In this document: positions 1 through 7,457 of the stretch, piece after piece
How the letters are laid out: each line of letters begins with the position of its first letter
Position numbering within the stretch: position 1 is the first letter of the stretch
IMG/VR virus record: IMGVR_UViG_3300045253_000007
Length of the DNA: 20,000 bases
Reading direction: 5' to 3' (one strand)
Source: an uncultured virus (IMG/VR IMGVR_UViG_3300045253_000007)
Taxonomy: Duplodnaviria; Heunggongvirae; Uroviricota; Caudoviricetes
The notes under the pieces: model-generated
Database searches by the model: none
What the model was told of the DNA's origin: nothing
Seen by the model: the letters and a program-made list of their open reading frames with translations, nothing else
Made by a program: the position numbers and the translations under genes

Positions 1-14
1 CCTACACGGACTAC

Positions 15-86
15 GCACTCGTATAGCATAATTGGAAAATGCGCCGCCGAAAGCAGAGATAATGGTTCGATTCCTAGCGAGCAGCA
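15..86 (+). pseudogene. Degenerate tRNA-like element
   Basis: D-arm-like TAGCATAATTGGAAAATGC and T-loop GGTTCGATTCC are present, but the anticodon arm is shortened (CCGC-CGAAA-GCAG) and the acceptor and T stems are imperfect. Confidence 0.4.
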
Positions 87-87
87 T

Positions 88-178
88 GGAAGTCTAAGTC
101 AAGTTTGGCCTAATGACCACTGTCTTGAAAACAGTTGGGGAAGAAACGCCCGTGTGAGTTCAAGTCTCACGGCTTCCG
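88..178 (+). tRNA. tRNA-Ser(TGA)
   Basis: Acceptor GGAAGTC/GGCTTCC; anticodon arm ACTGT-CTTGAAA-ACAGT; long variable arm; T arm GTGAG-TTCAAGT-CTCAC; G73. Confidence 0.9.
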
Positions 179-179
179 C

Positions 180-208
180 TTGACACAGCCGGTAGGCTGT
201 GTTAGTAT
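180..208 (+). promoter_or_regulatory. SigA-type promoter overlapping an inverted repeat
   Basis: TTGACA(180-185)-N17-TAGTAT(203-208); ACACAGCC-GGTA-GGCTGTGT palindrome at 183-202. Confidence 0.75.
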
Positions 209-213
209 TAGTT

Positions 214-279
214 ACTGGTGGTAAAGAGTGAAAGTCGGTCAGGTGAGAATCCTGCGCACTAACTCCCTTTACCATTGGT
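214..279 (+). ncRNA. Small structured RNA with a T-loop-like hairpin (unassigned)
   Basis: 13-bp closing stem 214-226/267-279, AGTG/CACT inner stem, CAGG-TGAGAAT-CCTG hairpin; starts at the predicted transcription start. Confidence 0.45.
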
Positions 280-282
280 CAT

Positions 283-354
283 GTCAGTAGAGCATGTATG
301 GATATGCGCTAGGTTGAAGCCCTTGAAAACAAAGTTCAAGTCTTTGTACTGACA
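283..354 (+). tRNA. tRNA-Phe(GAA)
   Basis: Acceptor GTCAGTA/TACTGAC; anticodon arm CTAGG-TTGAAGC-CCTTG; T arm CAAAG-TTCAAGT-CTTTG. Confidence 0.8.
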
Positions 355-414
355 CAGGAACCAGAGAGGATACCCAGTATACAGGTGTTCTATTGTCAAA
401 GAAATCCTCTCAAT

Positions 415-485
415 GCAGCATTGGTATATGGGTTGTGCCCTTGCCTTCCACGCAAGAGAAGTGGGTTCGAATCCCGCATGCTGCT
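415..485 (+). tRNA. tRNA-Gly(TCC)
   Basis: Acceptor GCAGCAT/ATGCTGC, U73; CTTGC-CTTCCAC-GCAAG; GGTTCGAATCC T arm. Confidence 0.9.
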
Positions 486-519
486 CTGGGATGATGCATC
501 GTCCTAATATTTGATTGTT

Positions 520-591
520 GGTGGGTTCGTCTAGGGGCTCAGGACACCGGACTTTAATCCGGTAACGTTGGTTCGAATCCAACATCCGGCA
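520..591 (+). tRNA. Glu-like tRNA with a 6-nt anticodon loop (CTTTAA); possibly a pseudogene
   Basis: TTCGTCTAG...AGGACACCG D-arm typical of tRNA-Glu; CCGGA-CTTTAA-TCCGG; perfect T arm GTTGG-TTCGAAT-CCAAC; weak acceptor stem. Confidence 0.6.
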
Positions 592-602
592 ATAATCATT
601 AT

Positions 603-682
603 CCGTGTGTAATGGCGGTGGCTACGAACCACTAGTGCATAAAGGAATGAAAATGAGGGTTCGACTCCCTTCACGCGGTCCA
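603..682 (+). tRNA. D-armless tRNA-Arg(ACG)-like RNA with long variable region and encoded CCA
   Basis: Acceptor CCGTGTG/CACGCGG-T-CCA; only 7 nt replace the D arm; GGTGG-CTACGAA-CCACT; T arm GAGGG-TTCGACT-CCCTT. Confidence 0.7.
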
Positions 683-725
683 TCTACGAATTTGACTTTA
701 GTTCGTAGCGTGCTACTATCAACTC

Positions 726-1109
726 ATGAAACAGTGTAAGATTGATGGGTGCGATAGCACAGATTTGGCAACTAGAAGTTCTATGTGTAAAGAGCATCAT
801 AGGGAATATACTAGGGAACACTACAAAGCAAATAAAGTTGCTTATGTAGATAAAGCCAAAAGACACAGAAATTCTAATTCTGAACTTGTAAAAGAAGTCA
901 AGTCAATTCCATGTATGGATTGTGGAGTAAAATATCCTTACTATGTAATGGATTTAGACCACAGAGAAGATAAGAGTTTTGATATCAGTAGTCATCGCAG
1001 TAAGGGCAGATTACAAATCTTAGCAGAGATTGCTAAATGTGATGTAGTTTGTGCAAACTGTCACCGCATTAGGACATATGACCGTATGAGTGGTATACTG
1101 ATACCATGA
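726..1109 (+). CDS. HNH endonuclease
   Basis: CMDC...DLDH...CDVVCANCHRIRT HNH/zinc motif; preceded by TTGACT...TGCTACTAT promoter elements with the ATG at the predicted start (leaderless). Confidence 0.85.
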   Translation: MKQCKIDGCDSTDLATRSSMCKEHHREYTREHYKANKVAYVDKAKRHRNSNSELVKEVKSIPCMDCGVKYPYYVMDLDHREDKSFDISSHRSKGRLQILAEIAKCDVVCANCHRIRTYDRMSGILIP

Positions 1110-1264
1110 AAACATTTAGATATAGCGTCAGCATCGTCGTAGAGGTACCAGCCTTTAATGAGATAGATGCTGAGGAAGCAGTACGTGACGCATTCGGTCT
1201 TGGCGAGGTATGCGGCTTAGAAATCATCGAATCAGAGGTCGGAGACTTCACCCTTGCTAACTAA
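1106..1264 (+). CDS. Hypothetical acidic protein, 52 aa (MKTFRYSVSIVVEV...)
   Basis: ATGA overlap with the HNH stop; TG-TATACT -10 just upstream; not in the ORF track (<60 aa). Confidence 0.7.
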   Translation: MKTFRYSVSIVVEVPAFNEIDAEEAVRDAFGLGEVCGLEIIESEVGDFTLAN

Positions 1265-1385
1265 TGTCACTTGGTGCTCATTTTGTAGTAAGCGACCAAG
1301 CGACGGTATAGTAACTGTCGAAGACCGCGACGGACAGGTAATAGATTTAGCAGCCTGTACGTCTTGTTACAGAGCATTACTTTAA
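1254..1385 (+). CDS. Small CxxC...CxxC protein, 43 aa
   Basis: TTG start after GGAG; WCSFC...ACTSCY; stop abuts the next tRNA. Confidence 0.55.
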   Translation: MLTNVTWCSFCSKRPSDGIVTVEDRDGQVIDLAACTSCYRALL

Positions 1386-1458
1386 GGGCTTTTAGTGTTA
1401 ACGGGAGCACGCTTGTTTTGCAATCAAGTAGAGTCGGGTTCGAATCCCACATTGTCCA
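1386..1458 (+). tRNA. tRNA-Ala(TGC), degenerate
   Basis: G3:U70 pair; CTTGT-TTTGCAA-TCAAG; GGTTCGAATCC; mismatches in acceptor and T stems. Confidence 0.65.
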
Positions 1459-1514
1459 CATGACTAGAAAGGATACATATTATGACTTATAGGTAAATAA
1501 CTATAGGAGGTAAT

Positions 1515-1832
1515 ATGTCAGACTGGAAATATCGCGGCATCGTCAGGAGAGACTTCCGTAACGGCGGTGTTGAGATTGAAGATTTTGAAGACCCGCGCAT
1601 TCAGAAGCCTACCGGTGGCTACAAGAGTCAGCGTAAGGCTTGCAAGAAATCCAAGGACGGATTGCAGTGCGAGTTTTCTGAAAAGAAGGTCATTGGAACA
1701 CGATGGACCATTGACAGTGAGGCTGGAACGAGAGTTCCAAGCCTTCACATAATTGCTGTATGTCGCAGATGCGGAAAGTACAGTTGGGCTGGTAGATGGA
1801 GTTCTTACATCTACACAACCCTACAATTTTAA
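1515..1832 (+). CDS. Hypothetical basic Cys-containing protein
   Basis: 105-aa ORF with a strong AGGAGG RBS; CRRC motif. Confidence 0.75.
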   Translation: MSDWKYRGIVRRDFRNGGVEIEDFEDPRIQKPTGGYKSQRKACKKSKDGLQCEFSEKKVIGTRWTIDSEAGTRVPSLHIIAVCRRCGKYSWAGRWSSYIYTTLQF

Positions 1833-1866
1833 CTAAGACGGAACTGGCCGGTAAACCCAGAAACAT

Positions 1867-2043
1867 TTGAGAAATTACTGTAGCAAATGCAAGGCACGTA
1901 TCAAAGGTCACCTATGGATTGTCGGCAACGACGTTTACTGTGGCGCGTCTTGCCAGAGAAACGGTAAGTCACAATTTGAAAAGACTCGCTCTGCTTTGAA
2001 TAAGATGTTCAAAGAATACAGAGCGCCGACGCCTCAGGCGTAA
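1867..2043 (+). CDS. Small Cys-rich protein, 58 aa (MRNYCSKC...YCGASC)
   Basis: TTG-start ORF filling the gap before a hairpin; CxxC...CxxxC pattern. Confidence 0.55.
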   Translation: MRNYCSKCKARIKGHLWIVGNDVYCGASCQRNGKSQFEKTRSALNKMFKEYRAPTPQA

Positions 2044-2088
2044 TCTAGTGGCCGGTACATATCTCACGACTGTACCGGCTGCCACCAT

Positions 2089-2161
2089 GCCTTCGTAACT
2101 CAGGGGACAGAGTGAGAAGTTTCTACCTTCTTGGCCGCAGGTTCGAATCCTGCCGGGGGCA
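2089..2161 (+). tRNA. tRNA-Arg(TCT)
   Basis: GCCTTCG/CGGGGGC; AGAAG-TTTCTAC-CTTCT; GCAGG-TTCGAAT-CCTGC. Confidence 0.92.
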
Positions 2162-2265
2162 CTTGCATTGTCGTTGACAGTGTGGTAGTATGGTAGTTGT
2201 AACAAGGTGAGTTAACAACAAGCGTTCAGACAATCGGCTTGGCTCATTTATTTGGAAGGAAAACA

Positions 2266-3084
2266 ATGTCTATTACATTTTTAGGCACAGATTTTTCTGT
2301 GCCTATTTCTATGCAAGAACTGTATTCTGATAATACACCTAGAATCAAGATGGAAAATTTTGAGACGGTGTGTCAGAAGGCAGATACCGTCGTGGTTAAG
2401 CAAGGCTCTCTAGCAGAGTTTGTTAACGCGATGTTCTTGGTTGATTCTATTGCCTTAAAGGGCGGTAAGATTAGGAAGTTGATTCTTCCTTTCCTACCGG
2501 GTGCCCGACAGGATAGAGTTAATATAGACGGTGATGTTCTATTCACCGCTTCCTCAGTGGCGCAAATGATTAACTTGCGCGGCTTTGAGCAGGTCATTTC
2601 TGTTGACCCCCACTCCCGAGTAATGCCGGGATTCATCTACAACTTTGTCGAGTTTCCTCTCGCCAAGGTTTACGAGAAGTTGCCCAAGTCTTATGACGGA
2701 GTTATCGCTCCTGACAAGGGTGCTAAGGCTCGTGCCCGAACCGCTGCTCGTGTTCTGAATAAAACAGTCACGTACGCAGACAAGGTGCGCGACCCAGCGA
2801 CCGGTAGTCTATCAGGCTTTGCTGTCAACGTTGATGAAGACAAGCACTATATTGTCATTGATGATATAGCAGACGGTGGAGGCACGTTCCTTGGACTAGG
2901 AGAAAAGATTGCTGAACAAGGTGCCACGGCTGACCTTTACGTCACGCACGCTATCTTCTCAAAGGGAACAGACGACTTGAAAAAGATTTACAAGAACATC
3001 TACACAACAAATTCAATTAATAATGGACAGCGACCACTGGACGTAATCCGTCTGGACGTTGTGACAGAAATGGAGAAATACTAA
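2266..3084 (+). CDS. prs: Ribose-phosphate pyrophosphokinase family protein (candidate Adps of NARP1)
   Basis: PFLPGARQDR, VDPHS, APDKGA, VIDDIADGGGT, YVTHAIFS PRPP-synthetase motifs; ATG at 2266 follows GGAAGG. Confidence 0.9.
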   Translation: MSITFLGTDFSVPISMQELYSDNTPRIKMENFETVCQKADTVVVKQGSLAEFVNAMFLVDSIALKGGKIRKLILPFLPGARQDRVNIDGDVLFTASSVAQMINLRGFEQVISVDPHSRVMPGFIYNFVEFPLAKVYEKLPKSYDGVIAPDKGAKARARTAARVLNKTVTYADKVRDPATGSLSGFAVNVDEDKHYIVIDDIADGGGTFLGLGEKIAEQGATADLYVTHAIFSKGTDDLKKIYKNIYTTNSINNGQRPLDVIRLDVVTEMEKY

Positions 3085-4598
3085 TGTTTACGCTTAACCC
3101 GATTTTTCAGACGGACGGATACAAGTTGGACCACCGCCGTCAGTACCCGAAGGGTACACAGTACGTTTACTCAAACTGGACCGCTCGCGGTAGCCGAGTT
3201 CCCGGTATCAACAAGGTCACGTTCTTCGGCCTACAGTATGCGCTAAAGAAGTTGAACGATGAGTTTAAGGCTAACTTCTTCGCACGCGATGTAGACGAGG
3301 TTTGCAATGAGTATCAGGCAATGCTTGATTCTTTTCTAGGGCCGAACGATATCGGCACCGACCACATCAGGGCTTTGCATACTCTTGGCTACTTGCCTCT
3401 AGAGGTTAAGGCACTTCCCGAGGGTACCCGCGTTCCTCTCCGCGTTCCGATGCTTACCATCGAAAACACGCACCCGGAGTTCTTCTGGCTTACCAATTAC
3501 TTTGAGACAATCTTGTCTGCTGAGTTGTGGATGCCGATGACGAGCGCAACCGTTGCTTCTCACATTAGGCAAGACCTAAACGAGTGGGCATTGAAGACGA
3601 CCGGTAGCACCGAGGGCGTTGGTTTCAGCGGCCACGATTTCAGCATGCGAGGCATGGCCGGTGCTGAGGCTGCTATCGCTAGTGCCATGGGTCACCTTGT
3701 TGCCTTCACTGGCACCGAGACGGTTCCTGTTCTACAGGCTATTCCGTATTACTACCCCAACACAGGGTTCTTGGCCGGTACAGTTCCAGCAACAGAGCAC
3801 AGCGTTATGTGTGCAGGCGGTAAGGAAGACGAGACGGAGACATTCCAGCGTTTGCTAGATTTGTACCCGACTCAGATTCTAAGTGTCGTTTCTGACACAT
3901 GGGATTTCTGGAATGTTCTTACCAACATTCTTCCTAGCCTAAAGGACCAGATTCTTGCTCGCGGTGCAAACGGCGGTAAGTTGGTTGTACGTCCCGACAG
4001 CGGTGACCCTGCTGACATTATCTGTGGTACTAATGCTCAGGCAACTGATAATAACGGATGGGATTCTGTCGAAAAGGGTGCTATTCAGGTTCTCTGGGAT
4101 GAATTCGGCGGTACCATCAACGAGCAGGGCTACAAGGTTCTTAACCCAGCCGTAGGACTCATCTACGGTGACGCCATGAACCGTGGACGCATCAACAATA
4201 TTAACGAGCGTCTTGCAGCCAAGGGCTTCGCCAGCACAAACTGGGTCGCCGGTATTGGTAGTTTCAATTACCAATACCAGACTCGTGACACGTTCGGCTT
4301 TGCTATGAAGGCAACCAACGTTGTTATCGAAGATGAAGAAAAGGCTATCTTCAAGGACCCGAAGACAGACAATGGTTTGAAGAAGTCCCTAAAGGGTCGT
4401 ATCGGAGTCTTCACGCTAAAGAACGATGAGGACAACAGTCTTGTCAAGGGCAGCAAGGGCGACCTAGTTGCATTTGATGAACTCCGTAAGGATAGTAGCG
4501 CTTATGAAAATAGTCTGCTAGAGCCTGTGTTTAGGGATGGTGTCTTCATCAAGGAATGGACCTTTGATGAGGTTCGTGCAAACAGCGGACTCGTTTAA
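3084..4598 (+). CDS. nadV: Nicotinamide phosphoribosyltransferase family protein (candidate Namat of NARP1)
   Basis: TDGYKLDH, HDFSMRG, PATEHSVM, SVVSDTWD, VRPDSGDP, IYGD, KDPKTD NAMPT motifs; TAATG coupling to the prs-like gene. Confidence 0.95.
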   Translation: MFTLNPIFQTDGYKLDHRRQYPKGTQYVYSNWTARGSRVPGINKVTFFGLQYALKKLNDEFKANFFARDVDEVCNEYQAMLDSFLGPNDIGTDHIRALHTLGYLPLEVKALPEGTRVPLRVPMLTIENTHPEFFWLTNYFETILSAELWMPMTSATVASHIRQDLNEWALKTTGSTEGVGFSGHDFSMRGMAGAEAAIASAMGHLVAFTGTETVPVLQAIPYYYPNTGFLAGTVPATEHSVMCAGGKEDETETFQRLLDLYPTQILSVVSDTWDFWNVLTNILPSLKDQILARGANGGKLVVRPDSGDPADIICGTNAQATDNNGWDSVEKGAIQVLWDEFGGTINEQGYKVLNPAVGLIYGDAMNRGRINNINERLAAKGFASTNWVAGIGSFNYQYQTRDTFGFAMKATNVVIEDEEKAIFKDPKTDNGLKKSLKGRIGVFTLKNDEDNSLVKGSKGDLVAFDELRKDSSAYENSLLEPVFRDGVFIKEWTFDEVRANSGLV

Positions 4599-5530
4599 TG
4601 TACGAACCCATGTTGGCTCGCTCAGCCGAAGAGTCTGACCTTTCCACAAAGGACTGGACCGGCTGGTCGCTTGAACCCAAGCACGACGGCATGCGAGCAA
4701 TCATTGAAATTACCGATGCGGGAGTTGAAATATACTCCCGCACCGGTAAGTCACAAAAGGGTAAATGCCCTCACCTAGAACACGCACTGTCCTTTCTGCC
4801 TCACGGTACCGTGCTAGACGGCGAGATTGCCATGGTAGTTAATAGTATAACTGTCAATGGTCAAGATGTACCGGTGGTAGATTTTAATAAGACCATGCGC
4901 GTTATGGGCAGTGGTGTAGAAAAGGCAGTATTGCGCCAGCAGGAGTTGGGCGAGGTATCATTCCTTGTATTCGACATCATGCAATACTGTGGTGAAGATG
5001 TTACCACGTATTCTCAGAAGTACCGCAACGAGTTGGTTGACATGCTGGACGCAAACTACATGGTTCACAACCCAAAGTACGAGACTGATTTTGCTGAGGT
5101 TTATGCAGAACTTATTGCGAATGGTGTCGAGGGCGCTATTCTCAAAAACCTTAACGCAATGCAATACGTCGCCGGTAGGTCCAAGAATTGGCTAAAGGTC
5201 AAGTCTGCTAAGACCTTTGATGTAGTAGTCATGGGGTATACACCCGGTCAAGGTAAGTACGAAGGTAACCTAGGTGCTATCGAATTTGGTGCTTATCTTC
5301 CAAATGGTGTTTTGAAATATGTTGGTCGTTGTTCGGGCATGACCGATGAGGAACGTGGCTACTGGTTTAAGAAACTGTCTACCGGCGTTCATCCACATGG
5401 TGTCATCGAAGTTAAGGCTAATGAGATGGTTGGTTCTGGTGAGTATCGAACGCCTAGGCATCCTCAGTACGTAACTAAGCGCATAGACAAGAACCCAGAA
5501 GACTGTAAAATGGACCAGTTCAAGGCTTGA
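4598..5530 (+). CDS. ATP-dependent DNA ligase
   Basis: Motif I EPKHDGMR, LDGEI, FDIM, EGAILK, WLKVK and a C-terminal OB fold with TPRHP. Confidence 0.92.
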   Translation: MYEPMLARSAEESDLSTKDWTGWSLEPKHDGMRAIIEITDAGVEIYSRTGKSQKGKCPHLEHALSFLPHGTVLDGEIAMVVNSITVNGQDVPVVDFNKTMRVMGSGVEKAVLRQQELGEVSFLVFDIMQYCGEDVTTYSQKYRNELVDMLDANYMVHNPKYETDFAEVYAELIANGVEGAILKNLNAMQYVAGRSKNWLKVKSAKTFDVVVMGYTPGQGKYEGNLGAIEFGAYLPNGVLKYVGRCSGMTDEERGYWFKKLSTGVHPHGVIEVKANEMVGSGEYRTPRHPQYVTKRIDKNPEDCKMDQFKA

Positions 5531-5583
5531 CAAGCACTGTCCGATATGTTAGGGTTGTGCTTCACACCAACGAAAGGCATCAC

Positions 5584-6237
5584 ATGCGAAAGATTTTAAG
5601 CGCGGCGGTAGCGGTTCTTGTCATCCTTGGAGGATTCATCCTTGTTGCCCAGCACGCTCAGGCAAACAACAAACTAGCGGTATGCCACCCAGTAAACGGT
5701 AAGGGCGAACTAGGTAATGGTTGGGATTTGATTAGTCCTGATAAGGCATCGTCTCACATCAATGAGGCTTTGTACCCCAATGGTCATTACTGGAAGCACG
5801 AAGCCAAGGATGGACGCCATGACGAATATGCGGTTAACGGTAAGTGTGGCATGTTGCCCACGCCGACTCCTGACCCGATTCCCAGTATTAGGCCCAGTCC
5901 GTCTGTGACCCCAACGGTTACGCCTACACCAACAACGCCGGTAGACGTTATGGTAACCCCACAGTACCTACATCATGTTACGTGTATTCCAAAGTATAGT
6001 GATAACATGACAATTGTTCCCAACGTTGGATACACTGGCACCGTAAAGGACAATGGTGACTATGATGTCCTCACCTTTGTAGCCAAGCCGGGGTACATTT
6101 TGGATAATAACAGTAAGACCGAAGTCATCACTGTTAGGAAGATTGTACCTAGGTGCATCGCACCCAAGCCTACAGTCAAGCATACGCCTATTAAGGTTAA
6201 CTCTACACCGACAGCGCTACCCAATACGGGAGCCTGA
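5584..6237 (+). CDS. Secreted Pro/Thr-rich protein ending in LPNTG
   Basis: ATG 5584 after GAAAGG; signal peptide ending AQA; PTPTP linker; C-terminal LPNTGA-stop. Confidence 0.8.
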   Translation: MRKILSAAVAVLVILGGFILVAQHAQANNKLAVCHPVNGKGELGNGWDLISPDKASSHINEALYPNGHYWKHEAKDGRHDEYAVNGKCGMLPTPTPDPIPSIRPSPSVTPTVTPTPTTPVDVMVTPQYLHHVTCIPKYSDNMTIVPNVGYTGTVKDNGDYDVLTFVAKPGYILDNNSKTEVITVRKIVPRCIAPKPTVKHTPIKVNSTPTALPNTGA

Positions 6238-6243
6238 AAGAAT

Positions 6244-6284
6244 CTACCGGCTGGGTTGACAAGACCCAGCCGGTAGTGTAGAGT
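6244..6284 (+). promoter_or_regulatory. Inverted repeat (terminator-like) overlapping a SigA promoter
   Basis: CTACCGGCTGGGT/ACCCAGCCGGTAG 13-bp stem; TTGACA(6256)-N17-TAGAGT(6279). Confidence 0.75.
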
Positions 6285-6291
6285 TCTTCTT

Positions 6292-6471
6292 ATGGCCCAA
6301 GACTACTTCAAGTGTACTAGGTGCGGACGTATCAGGTCCGCAAAGTACATAACCAAGCACAAGGTTCGCGGGGTATGGAAAGACAGATGTATTGCTAAAA
6401 GTACCTGTGCTTCCATAGCAAAGAGAAATCGCAAGAAGAAACTTGACACAGCCTCACAACCTGTGGTATGA
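6292..6471 (+). CDS. Small basic Cys-rich protein, 59 aa (MAQDYFKCTRC...)
   Basis: ATG 7 nt after the -10 (leaderless); CxxC...C...C; K/R-rich. Confidence 0.65.
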   Translation: MAQDYFKCTRCGRIRSAKYITKHKVRGVWKDRCIAKSTCASIAKRNRKKKLDTASQPVV

Positions 6472-6472
6472 T
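6443..6472 (+). promoter_or_regulatory. SigA-type promoter for a tRNA cluster
   Basis: TTGACA-N18-TATGAT with an upstream TG. Confidence 0.65.
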
Positions 6473-6490
6473 ATCTAAGTAACAAATCAT

Positions 6491-6567
6491 GGTGGCCGTG
6501 GCGAAACGGTTAACGCGCTAGACTGTGAATCTAGTCAATGAGGGTTCGAATCCCTTCGGTCACCCCA
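6491..6567 (+). tRNA. tRNA-His(GTG)
   Basis: G-1:C73; CTAGA-CTGTGAA-TCTAG; encoded CCA. Confidence 0.93.
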
Positions 6568-6568
6568 T

Positions 6569-6642
6569 GCTTCGTTAGAGTAAACGGTTATCTCGCTTGC
6601 CTCTCACGCAAGAGAATACGGGTTCGAATCCCGTACGGAGTA
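6569..6642 (+). tRNA. tRNA-Glu(CTC)
   Basis: GCTTCGT/ACGGAGT; CTTGC-CTCTCAC-GCAAG; ACGGG-TTCGAAT-CCCGT. Confidence 0.9.
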
Positions 6643-6704
6643 CGTAATAAATGTGTGGTCTAGAAGCCACGAGCCGCTGGTATATCGGTTAGAATATACC
6701 ACTT

Positions 6705-6777
6705 GCGTCTGTAGTTATAGCGGTTAAAACATTCGGCTCTTACCCGAAGGTCCCCGGTTCGAATCCGGGTAGGCGTA
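6705..6777 (+). tRNA. tRNA-Lys(CTT)
   Basis: GCGTCTG/TAGGCGT; TTCGG-CTCTTAC-CCGAA. Confidence 0.9.
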
Positions 6778-6781
6778 CAAC

Positions 6782-6875
6782 GGTTAACACAAAATAGTTT
6801 CAGTGCCTTGAACAAGCGAGTGAGCGGCGGCTGTTCCCCGCCTAGGTGCTTCGGCCACCTAGCAAAGTGTTAGCC
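6782..6875 (+). ncRNA. Structured spacer RNA (unassigned)
   Basis: GGTTAACAC/GTGTTAGCC closing stem enclosing GGCGG/CCGCC and CTAGGTG/CACCTAG hairpins. Confidence 0.4.
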
Positions 6876-6951
6876 ATATTTTAATCTAGATGTAACGAGA
6901 GTCACATCAATCTGGCTGGAAGTCTTGACTTCCATCTGCTAGACTGGTAGT

Positions 6952-7098
6952 ATGAGAACATACGAAGAAGCACATGAGTTGGCGACGAAGGACGTTCAGC
7001 GTTTTGGTTCACTTCACGCAATGGATAAGGCAGATAGTCTTACCGGCGAAGTTGAAGAGGGATACCGAGACGGAATCATGTCAGTCTTCGCCAAGTAA
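6952..7098 (+). CDS. Hypothetical protein, 48 aa (MRTYEEAHELATKD...)
   Basis: Clean ORF just after a TG-n-TAGACT -10 element; leaderless context. Confidence 0.6.
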   Translation: MRTYEEAHELATKDVQRFGSLHAMDKADSLTGEVEEGYRDGIMSVFAK

Positions 7099-7134
7099 AA
7101 TAAATGGTCCTTTACAATGAAGTAAAGGATGCAT

Positions 7135-7205
7135 GGCCCGTTCGATTATTGGTAGGTCCAGTGTTTTTCAGGCACTAGAAAAGGGTTCGATTCCCTTACG
7201 GGCTA
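7135..7205 (+). tRNA. tRNA-Glu(TTC)
   Basis: GGCCCGT/ACGGGCT; AGTGT-TTTTCAG-GCACT; AAGGG-TTCGATT-CCCTT. Confidence 0.85.
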
Positions 7206-7212
7206 CGTTATA

Positions 7213-7370
7213 CAGCAGGATTGACTATCCGACAGTATTATCCGTCTTGACAGAAAGGGACGTTAAACACGGTTTCTGAGGGCTTGGCTAATTCACCACA
7301 GGAATTAGACGCTTTGATAGTTTCCGTTAGAGACTATACGGGCCGGGTCATGCCGGTAACAGGCTGCTAG
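7213..7370 (+). ncRNA. Multi-hairpin structured RNA (unassigned)
   Basis: At least four hairpins (7243-7262, 7288-7308, 7317-7337, CCGG/CCGG), possible CAGAAA/TTTCTG pseudoknot; no ORF. Confidence 0.45.
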
Positions 7371-7383
7371 TCACAGCCTTTAA

Positions 7384-7454
7384 TCAGATGTAGTGAAATG
7401 GTATCATGTTTGCTTGCCAAGCAAGCGGTGCGGGTTCGATTCCCGTCATCTGGA
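7384..7454 (+). tRNA. tRNA-Gly(GCC)
   Basis: TCAGATG/CATCTGG; TTTGC-TTGCCAA-GCAAG; GCGGG-TTCGATT-CCCGT. Confidence 0.85.
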
Positions 7455-7457
7455 CGC

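Noticed and set aside
236..256. SRP RNA suggested by GGTCAGG
   Set aside because: Lacks the GNRA loop and AGCAG partner of SRP helix 8.
5527..5583. Upstream TTG start extensions in the ORF track (also at 2239, 9242, 12369, 13291, 13559 and 14969)
   Set aside because: These TTGs fall in promoter elements, tRNAs or upstream genes; downstream ATGs have an RBS or leaderless context.
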